64,000 bases of DNA from Phoronis australis (taxonomy: Eukaryota; Animalia; Phoronida): NCBI GenBank assembly GCA_002633005.1, contig NMRA01000398.1:132010-196009 (forward strand). Reading direction: 5' to 3'. Of this stretch, positions 49,030 through 61,462 are shown piece by piece. Both the position numbers and the translations under genes were made by a program. Under the pieces are notes generated by a model. The model was given only the letters and a program-made list of their open reading frames with translations, had not been told where the DNA came from and did no database searches. The stretch's first letter is position 1. The number at the start of each line of letters is the position of its first letter.

Positions 49030-50800
49030 CCATCATCATTTAATTCGAATACGCCGCGCGAAGTTAACATGGCGTACATCAAGTCATCTCACGATTCAAA
49101 CGCCGTTCTCAGTATTGAAGGAAGTTGGTTTTGAGGCATGTTCGAAAATTTGATGCCCCGTCTCAGTAACTCGTCATCAACCGTGCGTGGAGATGAGAGA
49201 TGTTCAGCTTATGCGGTTAAGTCCCACATATCTGTTGCATCTTGATGGTCATAACAGAAGGAACACTGGCCATTTTTCTGCGTAGCTCACTGAACGGCAT
49301 GTCGAGGTAGTTTCTAACGTGTGCAATAACTGGTATCGTCACGTTGATCCTGTAACATTGCTCAGCAAGAAGATCTAACACTGAGCCACGATTATTCCGG
49401 CTGCGCTGGACGCCGTAAACATGTGGATTTGGTGGTGATACATGTACGTCAACTTGCTCAGGCATACTGCAGACAAACGCGTAGACACTGGTGAACGACG
49501 AATCTATTTCCAGAGCTTTGTAGAAGTACACACGACAGCTAGGTCTCGTTTGTCATGTTAAAGGCATTTACAATATCAATTTTGCGACCTTGCAACTTAC
49601 TGTTTGTCCTATCTAAGAAGCTCAGAAACTTGTAAGCCACTGCGAAATTTACCGAAAAATAAAAAGGTATAGGCCTAGCATGCAAACTAATGGCTGCTCT
49701 CCTCTTCTCTTCACTTGACCAACAACGATTAAAATTGAAACTGTAGCATCTAACGTGTACATGTATGTCGAAGACTAGATGCTTCAGCTGCGTGGCATAG
49801 GGCAATGTACATATGCGAAGCGGCAAATTGTTAACCTGCATTGTGTCGGTTGGACCCAAGTCGATGATGTGCTTTTCCCTCCCACTGCCCGGGATGTCTA
49901 CCTGAGTGAGCAACATCGACGTCTGGTGCTATTCGGAAAGAATGAACACGTTTCTTTTAAATTATCAGTCATGTTGCGGTGCTGGTAATGGAGCATGACT
50001 GTGCTATTACCAGCTCAAACAACGTGGTGAACATTGCAAATATAAGGCTTTTTTCATGTGAGAGCTTGTGCGCCGTTCTGAGCTCCGGACACTTAAAATG
50101 TGCCGTCGTATGCCTGTCATCTCATGTTGCTTGTGTCCAGTTACAAGTCATCGAGTAATACTCGCTGTATTTTATTAGTGATGTAATCGTCTTTAATCTG
50201 CAGAAGCATACTAACAACTCTTCGCGGATCTAACATCTCTTGTCCGCGAATCTGACAACAATGGCGTGTACGGTTTTATTGTGCGCCAGAACTTCGTCTG
50301 CAATGACTGTGTATAGTATTTCAAGGTGCATTTCTTTTGCACGCCTTATCAAGTTTGATGAGGTCTATCAGTTGATGTTGTATTCTCCACGACGCTATGA
50401 GTAACTTTTTCTTTTGAGACAAGTATGGTACTCGCAGAGTGTTTCGTCGTGTTTCAAAATCATCCGTAAATGATCCAGGAAGTTGCCCTGGTTTCCAGCA
50501 GAGGCAGTGGCTTCCATATGGCCGCGAAATGCTATGCACTGTTTGGCGCAGAAAACAATACACTCTCAGCGCAATAGCCCAGTATGTGTGTATTTGTGTT
50601 CAACAACTGTTGACACTGTTTGTCTAGTTTTACGTGTACTTTTGTGAACGGGTTTTCCATTGAATTAATGAATCACCTGCCTCATTCTGCATACATTCTA
50701 TGAACTTGAGAAGATTCATGGCACTTTCCTTTGTTGTAAATTTTAGAAAAGCGCACGAAGGGTGTATTCACAAAACGCCAAAACGTTGCCGATATTCCTT
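49030..50800 (-). pseudogene. Decayed hAT transposase (ZMYM1/THAP12-P52rIPK-like group)
   Basis: Ordered motifs across frames: FCAKQCIAFRGH, NQGNFL, YTVIADEV...VRFAD...IREE, MR*QAYDG..VSG..NGAQA, KLQGRKIDIV, QRSRNN...EQCYRINVTIP. Many stops and frameshifts. Confidence 0.88.
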
Positions 50801-50949
50801 ATTAGCAAAAAGACTACAATTTTACAAAACCATCAGTCCAATTGGGGGCTTTAAACTCACCCTTTATAAGCCATAAGCCCCTGGGCTTGAACAGATCTAT
50901 TGCAGCCGTAGCGGAAGGTACCGTATAAGGAAAAATGTAATCTTCTGTT

Positions 50950-51150
50950 CAAACAAAATGTTTTGCCAATATTCCGTACTGTTAATTTTGAAACTGAATA
51001 GTTGATATCTGTAACCAATTTGGTCAAGTCAGCCAGTCTTCCAATATCAGAAATAAGGGCGGTGTCATCTACATAAAAACATAAGTTATATTTACGAAGC
51101 ATGCAAGCCTACTAATAGGAATAAATAAAACATAAGCAGCATACCCATTA
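50950..51150 (-). mobile_element. Small reverse-transcriptase fragment
   Basis: FYVDDTAL resembles the (L)YADDT catalytic motif of CR1/L2 RTs; little other support. Confidence 0.4.
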
Positions 51151-51473
51151 GGTGTAAGTTCCCTTCTAAGATTCAATATACTACCACAATGCTGCAAGTG
51201 TGGTATTTAATACTATAAATTCCAAGCCCTGTTAACTTATAGTTTAACCCTGCGATTAGGCAGGGCTTGGCGATTTTTGGAAGATTTCCTTAGACAAAAT
51301 TCTTAATCGCGGGACTAACGGTAGGCCAAACCTAATAACCTAAGCCGTCGATCCTTCATCGTGAGAAGAAAATTTTAAAGCTTGATTATGGATGTGTCAA
51401 ATGCTGACTAAGGCATGCTTTCTCTAAAAACCCAGGGACGTAAGTCCAGGCAAAGCCTGCTAATGGTAGATTA

Positions 51474-52210
51474 CATGGGCGGATTTAGGGGAGGGGGCAG
51501 GGGGCCCGCCCTTCCCCCCTTGGCTGCCGCAAAAAACATAAAACAGCAAGAGCGTAGGGAAATGTTGAGTTTATTAATTTGCCCAGGTAATTAAAATTAT
51601 ACGGATGAAAAAAGATTTAAATGTGTGCAGTTTTAGTGTTGGGGGGGGGGGGGGGGGNTCTCATTAATTCTCTCTTTGTCAAACCTTAACTTAAGACGAT
51701 TTCCAAAGCAATCCCGTCATTATTGCCAACACGAAAAACGGATTTGGTCTTTTGGGCATTTGATGACTATTTTAAATCCAAAAAATTTGTTAACAACCGA
51801 TTGCACAAAATATAAAACGTGTAATAAGCATTACAAAAAGAAGTAGGTTTCGCGCGCAAACGCTGTGGACCATAAACAACTAGGTCTTTTAGTGTTGGTT
51901 AGTACCGATATCGTGGTGGTGTAGTGGTAAAGCACCCGCGTACTGGCAGTCAGGTCGTGAGTTCGAATCTGTGGAATTCGCAGTTTTTCCTGTGTGACAC
52001 GTGTTTTTCTTGCCTTTTTTCTTGGATAATACTTCAGCAATCAAGGAAAATGGTTGATTTTTAGAGGAAAAAACAGAAAAATTCCTGGGCGGGAGGGGGG
52101 TTTGCCTCCTCCAATTCGGTGCTATGCGCATATACAATCGTGGTTTGCGCAAATGCTTACGGCCGGACAAAAATGTTGGGCCCCCTTGTGATATCCTAGA
52201 TCCGCCACTG
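51474..52210 (+). mobile_element. Same MITE, copy 2
   Basis: Ends catgggcggat / atccgccactg, TSD GATTA on both sides. Confidence 0.9.
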
Positions 52211-53929
52211 GATTACTTGACCACTGCCACTTTGGCAACGGCAACACAAAAACTAAGTAAAAACATAGAACCCTAGCTCTGGAATGCCAAATTCGAGCTC
52301 ACGCTGCTGAGGTTGCACCGCATTAGCTTATATTCCCGGTTGGTTCTTGCTATGTATTTTGCTGTTACTAAAACTGTTCGCAACTCTGCCATTTATCAAC
52401 AGGATTGGGCACGTACAGCTGTAACATTACTAGAACACTCTCCACCAGTTCTTGGTGGTGTATGATTGATACCAGAAGCAAGAGATAAACAAATTGTTTC
52501 ATACATGTACATAATTATCACTTCGTATACCTGAAAGGTTTAAAGATGTTGTTTTAGTCTAAAAAACAGGAGTGTTAACAAAACTGCTAGAAAGAACAGG
52601 GCGCAATTGTCACATGAACAATGGAATGAACCAGAGAGGTTATATACGGTGTACCTGTAGGGAAATGATTTCAATTATTCAAAAGCTTTCGACCCTATGA
52701 AGACGTAGATTTTTGAGTATGGGCTTCTAACAGTTGCTTTGAAGAATTTAGTCCGGCAATCATCCACAATTTGTACATTTTACAACTTGATTGGAGTCTT
52801 GGTTCCGTTTGAATGATCAGTTATTCAATAGAAATTCAGGATGCAGTGACATTTACAAAAAGCGATCAACTAATTACATCACCTACATGAACATATCTTA
52901 CATTTGTAAATAAAGGTTGTCTGACTCATTCAAAATAAAGCAAGCATCATTTGAGTAGTTTAGAAATGTACTGCTGATAGCTCATTACATTGGACGCGTT
53001 GTAGGACTTTCCATAGAAGTTTAGAAAGAAACTATTTCTGAATAATTCAGACGGATTCAGGTAGTGTGTGCTATTGTAAACAGGAGATAAAAGCATGGAA
53101 GTTTTGTGACATCCAGGTGAGGTAACACAATATAGAAAAAACATAAGTCGTAGACTGAAAATTTCTTACTTGAGGTAGCGACGCTGGGTCTGTCTCTAAT
53201 GGAGTTGAGCTTGGACAGTAGTGTTACTATTGCTGTCGCCAATAGGTGGCGCTTTAACCAGACGACGCGGCATCGAGGTCAGGTCACTATTCCGTATGTG
53301 CAAAGATTTTATAGCTACCACTCTTTAATGCAGTTACCTTATTTTTATTCGACGAAGTTTGACCGTGATATATGTAACTATGTAACAGACGTTCAAAATA
53401 CCAATGTCTCTTTGTGATGGACAACGTTAATTTCAGAGGGCACTTTCTTTAGTGTCGTAAAAATCGTGAAAATGTGTCCCATTGTCTGTTGTTCATTGCA
53501 ACAAAATACACGAATTGTAATTCAACGTTGAACATTTAATCTTCTTTTTGAGTTAGATTTTGAATTAACCGTAAGGAAACTATAGATTCACAAAATACGA
53601 CGGGGTCCTTTAAAAGTTCAATGTCGCTGACTTGTTTGCTTGCAATCGTGCGATGTTGAGTTTTTGATTCGAGCCGAGATTTATGAGGTACATGTAGTTT
53701 CCGTCGTCGATTATCCTCGATTCATTTGTGTCTTTCATGCACTAAATTACCTGTCAGGAAAACTCTTGTGTGGGCATTTGTTCTGTTCTGTGCTTGTGCT
53801 GTTGGCCCGGGTCAGTAAAGCCACGGTTTCTGCACTGAACACACTCACTGAATCAGTGACGGACGGGTGCTTTATTGTTAGTCACGATTTGCTACAGATG
53901 TTTGACTACACATCCTTTCAATTATCACT

Positions 53930-55560
53930 TACATCAGGAAATAATTGGAGTCCTATTACTATATTACACATTAGTTATAAACTGTTGTCAGCTTCTTTAG
54001 CTAAGAAGATAAATTTTGTTTTGAATTATTTGATTCATTAGAACCAAAAATCTTTTAGCGGAGAGATATATTGGCGAAAATACTAGGTCTATATATAAAG
54101 TAATGCAATATGCATCAGAAAATAATGTTGCTAGTTTTCTCATAATGGTCCATTTTGAGAAAAGCTTTCTTCTGTTTTTCATGGAAATGTCTCCACAATA
54201 CATTTACGTTTTTTTATTTTGGGGAAGATATAAAAAAGGGTATACGTACTCTCGCTTGGACTTTTCGGGCCTGTATATTACAAAATGGAATGTCCTCAAA
54301 GTATTTTGAGACCTCTAAGGGTTGTAAGTAAGTTGACCCTGTGTCTCTGTATTAATTTTACTGTGCGTAGAAATACTGGGTTTGATGACCAGACTTAAAA
54401 CTAATGGTATCGCAATAAATAATACTCACCAATTTAAAAGTTTGTAGTAATCACACGGAGCTGTCAGGGTTTTGGAAGGGTCAGAATACTCACTTAAATG
54501 TACCTTAAATTTACTTGATCAGTTTGCCAATTTCTCAGGTCTTAAACCAAACATCGAAAAAACTCGGTGAGTATGGATAGACTCCAAGAAACACTGTTAT
54601 GCCACCGTATGTTCTCAAAAAAAATATGTTTTACCAGTAAAAATTTCACCCTATTGGAAATAACATATCTTTAGCGTAGACTTCGAAAACATTCCAAATT
54701 CAAAACACGATGAAAAAATGAAGGAAATAAAAAAAGCATCGCATACTTGGCATAGTCGGTCTTACGACGTTTGGGAGCGTTACGTTGCTAAAAACTAATC
54801 TAGTACCAAAATTAACCCACCTATTTATCACAGTCCCGTCTCTGTTTCAAGCTATTATGAAAAAATACACCAAACTTTTTAAAACTTTATTTTGGGACAG
54901 AAAAAATGATAAAATAGTTTATAAAGTTATGATCCAGGATTATTACTGTGGGGGATATGTAAAATGGTTTACTTGGCTTCTTACACGAAGGCACCGACAC
55001 GTGGGTACGCAGATTAGCTAACGCAAAACAAACTTGTGAACATGTTTGGACTGAAGTATTTTGGAAAAAAATAGACCTTTTTGGCATTTTGCAGATGAGT
55101 ATTGTGATGTGATTTCCACTCAAATTAGGTTCTGGATAGAAATGTTTCCATCGTGAAGGAATTTGTAGCATTGACCCAGGAGGCTTTGGCAAACTTTGAA
55201 TAATCTCATTTATCAACCGCTCTGGTAGAATTAGCAAAATGTCAGTATTTTTAGTCGTGGAACAATTGAGGAGTAAGATTTGCATAAGATATAATGGATA
55301 ATGGTGGATTTTTTTCTATATTATGACGCTTTTTTAAAAAGGTTTTCATTTACACCTATGATAACAAAAAAGCTGCCTGCCTGGATCAGTGACAGAAATT
55401 CAACTACGACTACCCCATTATCCGTAAGTGCTAAATCAGATAACATATAATAAGAAGTGGTATACATGTAGATCAATGTATGATTTATTTATCCGTAATG
55501 CATTTAGCCTCACATCTATGAGACTATAGATTTTAAGTTTGCAAAAGTGTATATATTCAG
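53930..55560 (+). mobile_element. Decayed Tx1/L1-clade LINE ORF2
   Basis: VHFEKSF (IDFEKAF), LCVEIL, FANFSGLKPNIEKT..VWI, KT.LVPKLTHLF..VP...FWD.K.DKI....IQDY..GG in the expected order. Confidence 0.85.
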
Positions 55561-56512
55561 AAAAGTAGGAAGACCTTAAAATTTGACTTTTTATCAATTT
55601 GTCAACAATTGGATCATGTGACCTTGTATTATTAGTAAAATTTGGAGTTAGAATGAAAGGTACACTAATAGCAAAACCACGTTATTGACAGCAAGACCAA
55701 ATATAAATTTTCAAGGTGATATCTCAAAAAACAATATTACCCTACTCTAACCGACCATTTCGTTTTCACTGAATTTGTGATTTTTTTCTCGGAAATCATA
55801 AAAGTACGTTTTTTGTACCCTCTCGTACAAAAGTGGAAGAATTCAAAAACATTAGTCATGAAATCGTTTTGAAGAACAGTGAATTATACATATAGCATCT
55901 GAAAGCATGATGTGAATCCAATCAGCCAGTTCTGAAATATGATGTTCGATGTTTCTTGAGTCCTACAGAACCTCTGAATATGTATGATGTTTGACCTCAC
56001 GTATACGCATGCGTAGTGTGTTATTTGTTACACAAGTTTTGGTCATATGGAATGTTAACATAACCGAGCTGGAAATAAAAAATGAGTGCATATTGCCGCT
56101 ACAATAATAACGAGAACATTCAGAAGACGTAGAGAGTAGCTAGGTATTCACTGGAACACATTCACGCATACCTAAATAAACAAGTGGCAAACAACAGGCC
56201 AAAATCGTGATTGGTATCCTTTCATGCGTTGTTCTTCCTACACTGTTTCAACTTAGGAGTTACTCAGGCAATTAATTCAGCCGGGGTTAACTCAAGTTGG
56301 CGGTAATGATGACAAAGACCTCACCTGATCCCCAAAAGGACAGCAGCACGCCGTTTTCACAATGCAGCTGAAGGTTGCCACGTTGGGACGACAATGACGA
56401 TGTAGATGATATGTTAGAAATATAGTCTTGAGTAACAGCTGGTCTAAACAAATGTGTATGGTGTACGTGTGAGTGGAGTTCGTTTTGCGTACGTTATGTG
56501 GTTTCAAGTTAT

Positions 56513-56765
56513 AAAATAGTAAAACTAGTAAAAATAAAACGACGAGCGTCGGTATTAAAATGTACCAAAATATTCCCCACGTTTCGAGGGATGCGCTCTT
56601 TGTCAAGGGTAATGATATAAGTACTAAAATATATTAAAATATACCCAACGTTTCAAGCGGTACGCTCTTTGTTGACAAAGAGCACATCGCTCTAAGCGTG
56701 GTTAATATTTCAATATATTTTTGTACCGACGCTCGTTGTTTTATTTTTACTAGTTTTACTAGTTT
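56513..56765. repeat. ~94-bp inverted repeat with an internal partial third unit; Penelope-like pLTR remnant
   Basis: 56513-56606 pairs with 56672-56765. The minus strand of the left arm reads CCTTGACAAAGAGCGCATCCCTCGAAACGT, a variant hammerhead-like core. Confidence 0.6.
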
Positions 56766-57214
56766 ATATTGTTATCCGTCAGTAACTGCACGGCATTCCA
56801 GCATCAATTTGGTTTCAAGTTGATGGCAATATGAAGAGTCCAGTAATCAAAACAGAATGCTTAATATATGGCAAAATAATAACAATAATAATAATGATAA
56901 CAATAATGGTAATGATAATGATAACTTTATTTGAGGCCACCTACCCACAGTTCGCAATATTATATACTCACCTTATATGTACAGCCATTAGATGTTTAAT
57001 AATGCGTTTCTGATAAACATAGACGTGTTTTTACAAGTGTTTACTGTCCACAACCTGTGGAGTGAATCTATTTCTTAAATCTTCTAGTACTGGACACCGT
57101 AACGTGAAGAGCTCTCCAATCTCTCCTGTTTTATAAATGTTACAAGTGCTTTCGGTTAAGGGAATGCCATTTTTTCTGCAGTTTTCAATTTCTTATGTGC
57201 GAGTTGAACACCTA

Positions 57215-58565
57215 CAGCCTATTTCATAAAGATGGTTTAGCAAAACCAGGTTTAAGACTTACACCTGGTCTTCCTAAACCTGATCTAGTTTTAAACACGT
57301 ATTTCACCAACGTGGTTTAAAAGTCTGAAAGCCTGGTTTTGTTAAACCAGGGAGCCGGTATAGTAAAACCAGGTTTAAAGTATCCAAGCCAACCTACTGT
57401 GTTGATGTGGATTAACCCAACAAAGAAACTACTGAAGTGCTTCAATGAAACCTTGATCACATGGGTACACAATGGCACACGCTAGTAGACTATGTGCAGA
57501 CATTTGCGAAAAAGATCTCAAAGCTTTACTCATAAGGAAAATGTAATGTTTGTGTCTAACACACGTACACACATTAAAGTACTTACTCACAATTAGCCGC
57601 AACACTATAAATGCCCAAATTTATTTCCGTGTCATTTTAGTGTCTATTTTTCGCAGCCAAAGTGTGGGCAAGACCCCTTCTCGGCAACATTAAATCGGGA
57701 CAAGTGCAGGTCAAACTCAGAAGAATCAGAACATTGTGTCTCCAGTCAAATCCGTACCGCTTACAACAGTGACACGATGCTCGACCAGTCGTATTCTGAG
57801 TAATCCGCAGGACCCCTCCAGCACGTACTGGTTTACGCATAGGCGGATCCAATAGGCGTCAAAGGGCCCGGAACCCCCTTTCCCCTTGATTTTAATGATA
57901 TCAAATCTATAATTTACAAATTGTTGACTTGGTCCGCCTTTTAAAAAATCCTTGACCGCCCCCCCCCCCTTAAAAACCCTGTCATCGTAAAACTAAATAT
58001 TGAAAATAACCCATTTCCGCTCTAGAACTGCGTCTTAAATGCACACCGCGGCATCAACCAGTTGCACATATATCACGCAAGTCTAACATATTTTAGAGGC
58101 GGATCAACCGGGGGGTTAGGGTCTTTATTTTTCCCGATAAAGGATCCAAAATAAAAATAAAATAAAATAGGTCGCCATGAAAACTAAATCAGCTACAATA
58201 ACAAAAAACACGGGAGGGGAGAACCGACACTCCCTCCGCTCGGCGCTATATGCCTCGGTTTCCTAAACCCCCACTTACTGAAAACGTAGATCTGCCAATG
58301 TATTTAACAGAAATAAACCTGGACCTGATCAAGTCTAAAGCTAAACCTGGTTTAAGATTTTAATACAGGTCTAAGGAATATAAACGTAGTTAGTGAAATG
58401 AAAAAAACGGACTTAGACCAGGTATAAACTGGAGTTAAACCAGGCTTTACTAGACCACTGGTCTAAAATTTAAACCACCTTTATGAAATGCAGATTATCT
58501 TTAAACCTGGCCTAAGTCCAGTTTAAACCATTTTTAACTTTAAGCCACCCTTATGAAATTGGCTG
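57215..58565. mobile_element. Second copy of the Harbinger MITE, with nested insertions
   Basis: Same TIRs, TSD CTA. Extra sequence at about 57480-58310 includes small MITEs at 57838-57985 and about 58094-58300. Confidence 0.88.
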
Positions 58566-58669
58566 CTAAGGTTGGCTGTGTAAATCTGCTGCTGATTCAT
58601 CCCTCACTTTTCACAAGAGAACTCGGACTTAAGTTCTCTGTAAAATTTGCTTTTATTTTTATTTTTATT

Positions 58670-60432
58670 TTCCCTAACGGAACAAACTTTGAAAATCAAC
58701 ATCTCCCAGCCTTTGAATGAATTCCGACGCAAAATATTGTTCATCACAGACTCCCTGGTTTATCCATAACTGACTGAAACCAATTGTATAAAACATTAAC
58801 ACAATTATGTCGACCATGCAAATGCCTTTCATATAACATGAAATAACATTGGTTTGAAAGTCTGTCACTTTGCTTGTTCAATACTTTCAAAAATATTTCA
58901 TAGGCTTACACATAATTTAAAGACATTGATAAATAAGGACCGCCAAACATGGTGTTGGTCGTCTTAACACCAGTAGATAGTAACCATTTACAGAATCTGG
59001 TTATTTTCAATTTCCTTTCTATGACTAATACCCCATATATTTCCGCTCCATAGAATAAAACGAATTTATCATTGCGTCAAACAATTTAAAGCTAACTATC
59101 CTTTCTTTTAGGTCCCATTTGACACAGAAAATGTTTCACCAACTTCATTGCTTTGCATGCCGTCTGTGCGAGTGTCCTGCACCACGTTGTGTAACTTAAT
59201 CTACTAGAAAATACAATCCTTAGATATTTACATGTATAGTAACCGCAAGTCCAAGTTACCACTCCTGTAAGACCATTTTCTCTTATCAATTGTCCACTTT
59301 TGACCTTCCTTGAAAAAATGTGTTTATTTCGTGGTGTTGAAAGACATATTTAATTTCTTAAAATGGAGTAAAACACAATTTTTGAAGAATATCTCTATAG
59401 CCCAACAAAAGAGTCGCCAACTGTAGTAAGTTCGTCGCATATAGCAATAAAAACACGATGACGGGGTCAACTAAAATACCACTTCTTTTACCGATTTCTC
59501 ATTTCAGTAACCTGAGAACAATGATGTGCTTAAACTACTGCCTTGTTTGACTCCAGTCTTGCACTTAAAATGTTGACCTGTTATTCCTAAGTCATTATTT
59601 ATTTTAGCATTTATTTTTCACAGTTCAATACACACACTGTAGAATTCTCAACAGTGGTCTAACAAAACCTTTCAATATTACTACATCAATAGGAACTGTA
59701 TGCTCTGACATCTCATGATTAGCATTTAGTAACGGACAAAAATAGTCAGTGCACTTGCCATCCCATACCTTGTTGCCACGATTTGCATTTGATTTATTTG
59801 TTTTACATTTTATCAAACCGCCACAATGATCTTGAAGCAATTGAGGCACGGGTGTTCACAACTTATTCATACACATCGTTCTGATGTAGCATTTTCTTAC
59901 ATGTAGGTAAACGCAACTTTTTAAATTTCTTTTTAGTTTCAGGATGTTCATCAGGTGTTTTGTCATTGCACGTGCGACGACATTCCTTTAACAGGCTGTT
60001 CTCCTTCAATTCAATTAATATAGGTTCCGAATCGAACCATCTTCGTGTACGTTTTTCTAGTTTTCTCTCGATCTCCATTTTAATGACGCCGCATATCCAA
60101 ATTCGCCAAACAAAATTTCAGTTCTCGTAATAGCCAGATTTAGGTCAATATGTACATGTACTCAGTTACTTCTCTTATTCGTGTAGCAAAAATAATCGCT
60201 TCGAAAGGTATCTGATATAGTCTTCATAATTTTGAGAGTCTTTTTCTTTCTCACAGTTAGCAAAATTAAACTCACTTCTTAGCAAAATGTTTCCCATCAT
60301 CAATGTTCGTGACTTCACTAAATACCAATATACCATTCAACAAATTCTTGTCCTTCAGCATATAGTCAATAATTCCTTTGCCCATATTCAAGCGATAAAT
60401 TTGAGTTTTTCCTACCATTTAATGTGACAAGA
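58670..60432 (-). mobile_element. Decayed RTE-X-like LINE (end of endonuclease through post-RT region)
   Basis: LNGR...IIDYML, RWFDSE, CKYLRIVFSSRLSYTTWCRTLAQTACKAM and LKLFDAM in order, with many disruptions. Confidence 0.75.
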
Positions 60433-60436
60433 TTAT

Positions 60437-60902
60437 TTATTGGGGACAAATAAAACAACAAGAATAATGTAGATTTTAAGTTGTATTGGGAATTTCAGGG
60501 TCACAGCTCTACAAATAAATATTTCACAGAAGGAACCAGATGGGGTCCTTAATGACAAGAGATAACACACACATTTCCGATACCCAAAGTACAATTGAGT
60601 ATCGGATGCTAAGTGGCTCAGGTTAGCAATAGTACCAAATGGGTACTTAATACCAAATGGGTATTGGCCGATTGCCTACCAACTGGGTCGAGCAAAACGG
60701 CAAATTCAATAACAAGTACCAAGTGGGTACAAACTGCCAAATGGGCAAATATCATATAAAGTACCAAGTGGGTACACTAAACAGCCAACTGGGCTATAAC
60801 AACCTGCAAAGCAGGGTTCCGGACAAGCTGAGTGAGCAGACCAGCCGGAGTGATAAAAAGAGATATTGTAAGGAACGTGGTGTTGTGGCTCAGTATGTGC
60901 CA
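60437..60902 (-). mobile_element. Partial inverted third copy of the 920-bp element
   Basis: Reverse complement of about 19506-19967, starting at the same terminus (ttattggggacaaataaaac). Confidence 0.9.
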
Positions 60903-61462
60903 CATGGGCAGGGTTGTTCATGGATGAACAATCCTGTCCACCGCCACATAAACATGTTGCCAAAGTAATGAATATTAGAACAGAGTATTAACAAGTACTA
61001 TCCACTCAACTAGTCCCGGTGTAGGCAAATGCAGTGACCCCTGCCGATAACTTCGGTAGAGTTGAAGTTGAGCTATTCCATTGTAACGAGGAGTCGACAC
61101 TTCGGTTCGCTGTTACAAGAAGTCCATCTAGTTACTCCAGAATAATTTAGCGCTGTTGACTTCGAACCAATGCCAAAGTTAAATGTTCTTGGTGCCCGAT
61201 ACTTCGTTAACACGAAGTTTGGAGCCAGTGCGAAAGGCCTTTCAGAAACACACTGCACTAAGCATACACCATTATTATTTTACACAAAATTTTATACCAT
61301 ACACCAGTTATATTGAACATATTTCCAATGTTTGCCAGTTTTCTTTGCCAGCAGCCCCACATAGTCGCGTTCTGGTTATTTTAGGCAAGAAGGTTTTCAC
61401 AAACCAGTCATGGAGCAAGTCTCAAAGTTAGAACTGGACTATGACTTTCAGGCTACACATCA

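Noticed and set aside
51912-51972. tRNA gene
   Set aside because: A and B boxes are present, but there is no complete acceptor or anticodon stem, and it is part of a three-copy MITE. Treated as a tRNA-derived module.
56875-56925. Hydrophobic ORF 56831-57013
   Set aside because: It arises from an (ATA/ATG)n microsatellite.
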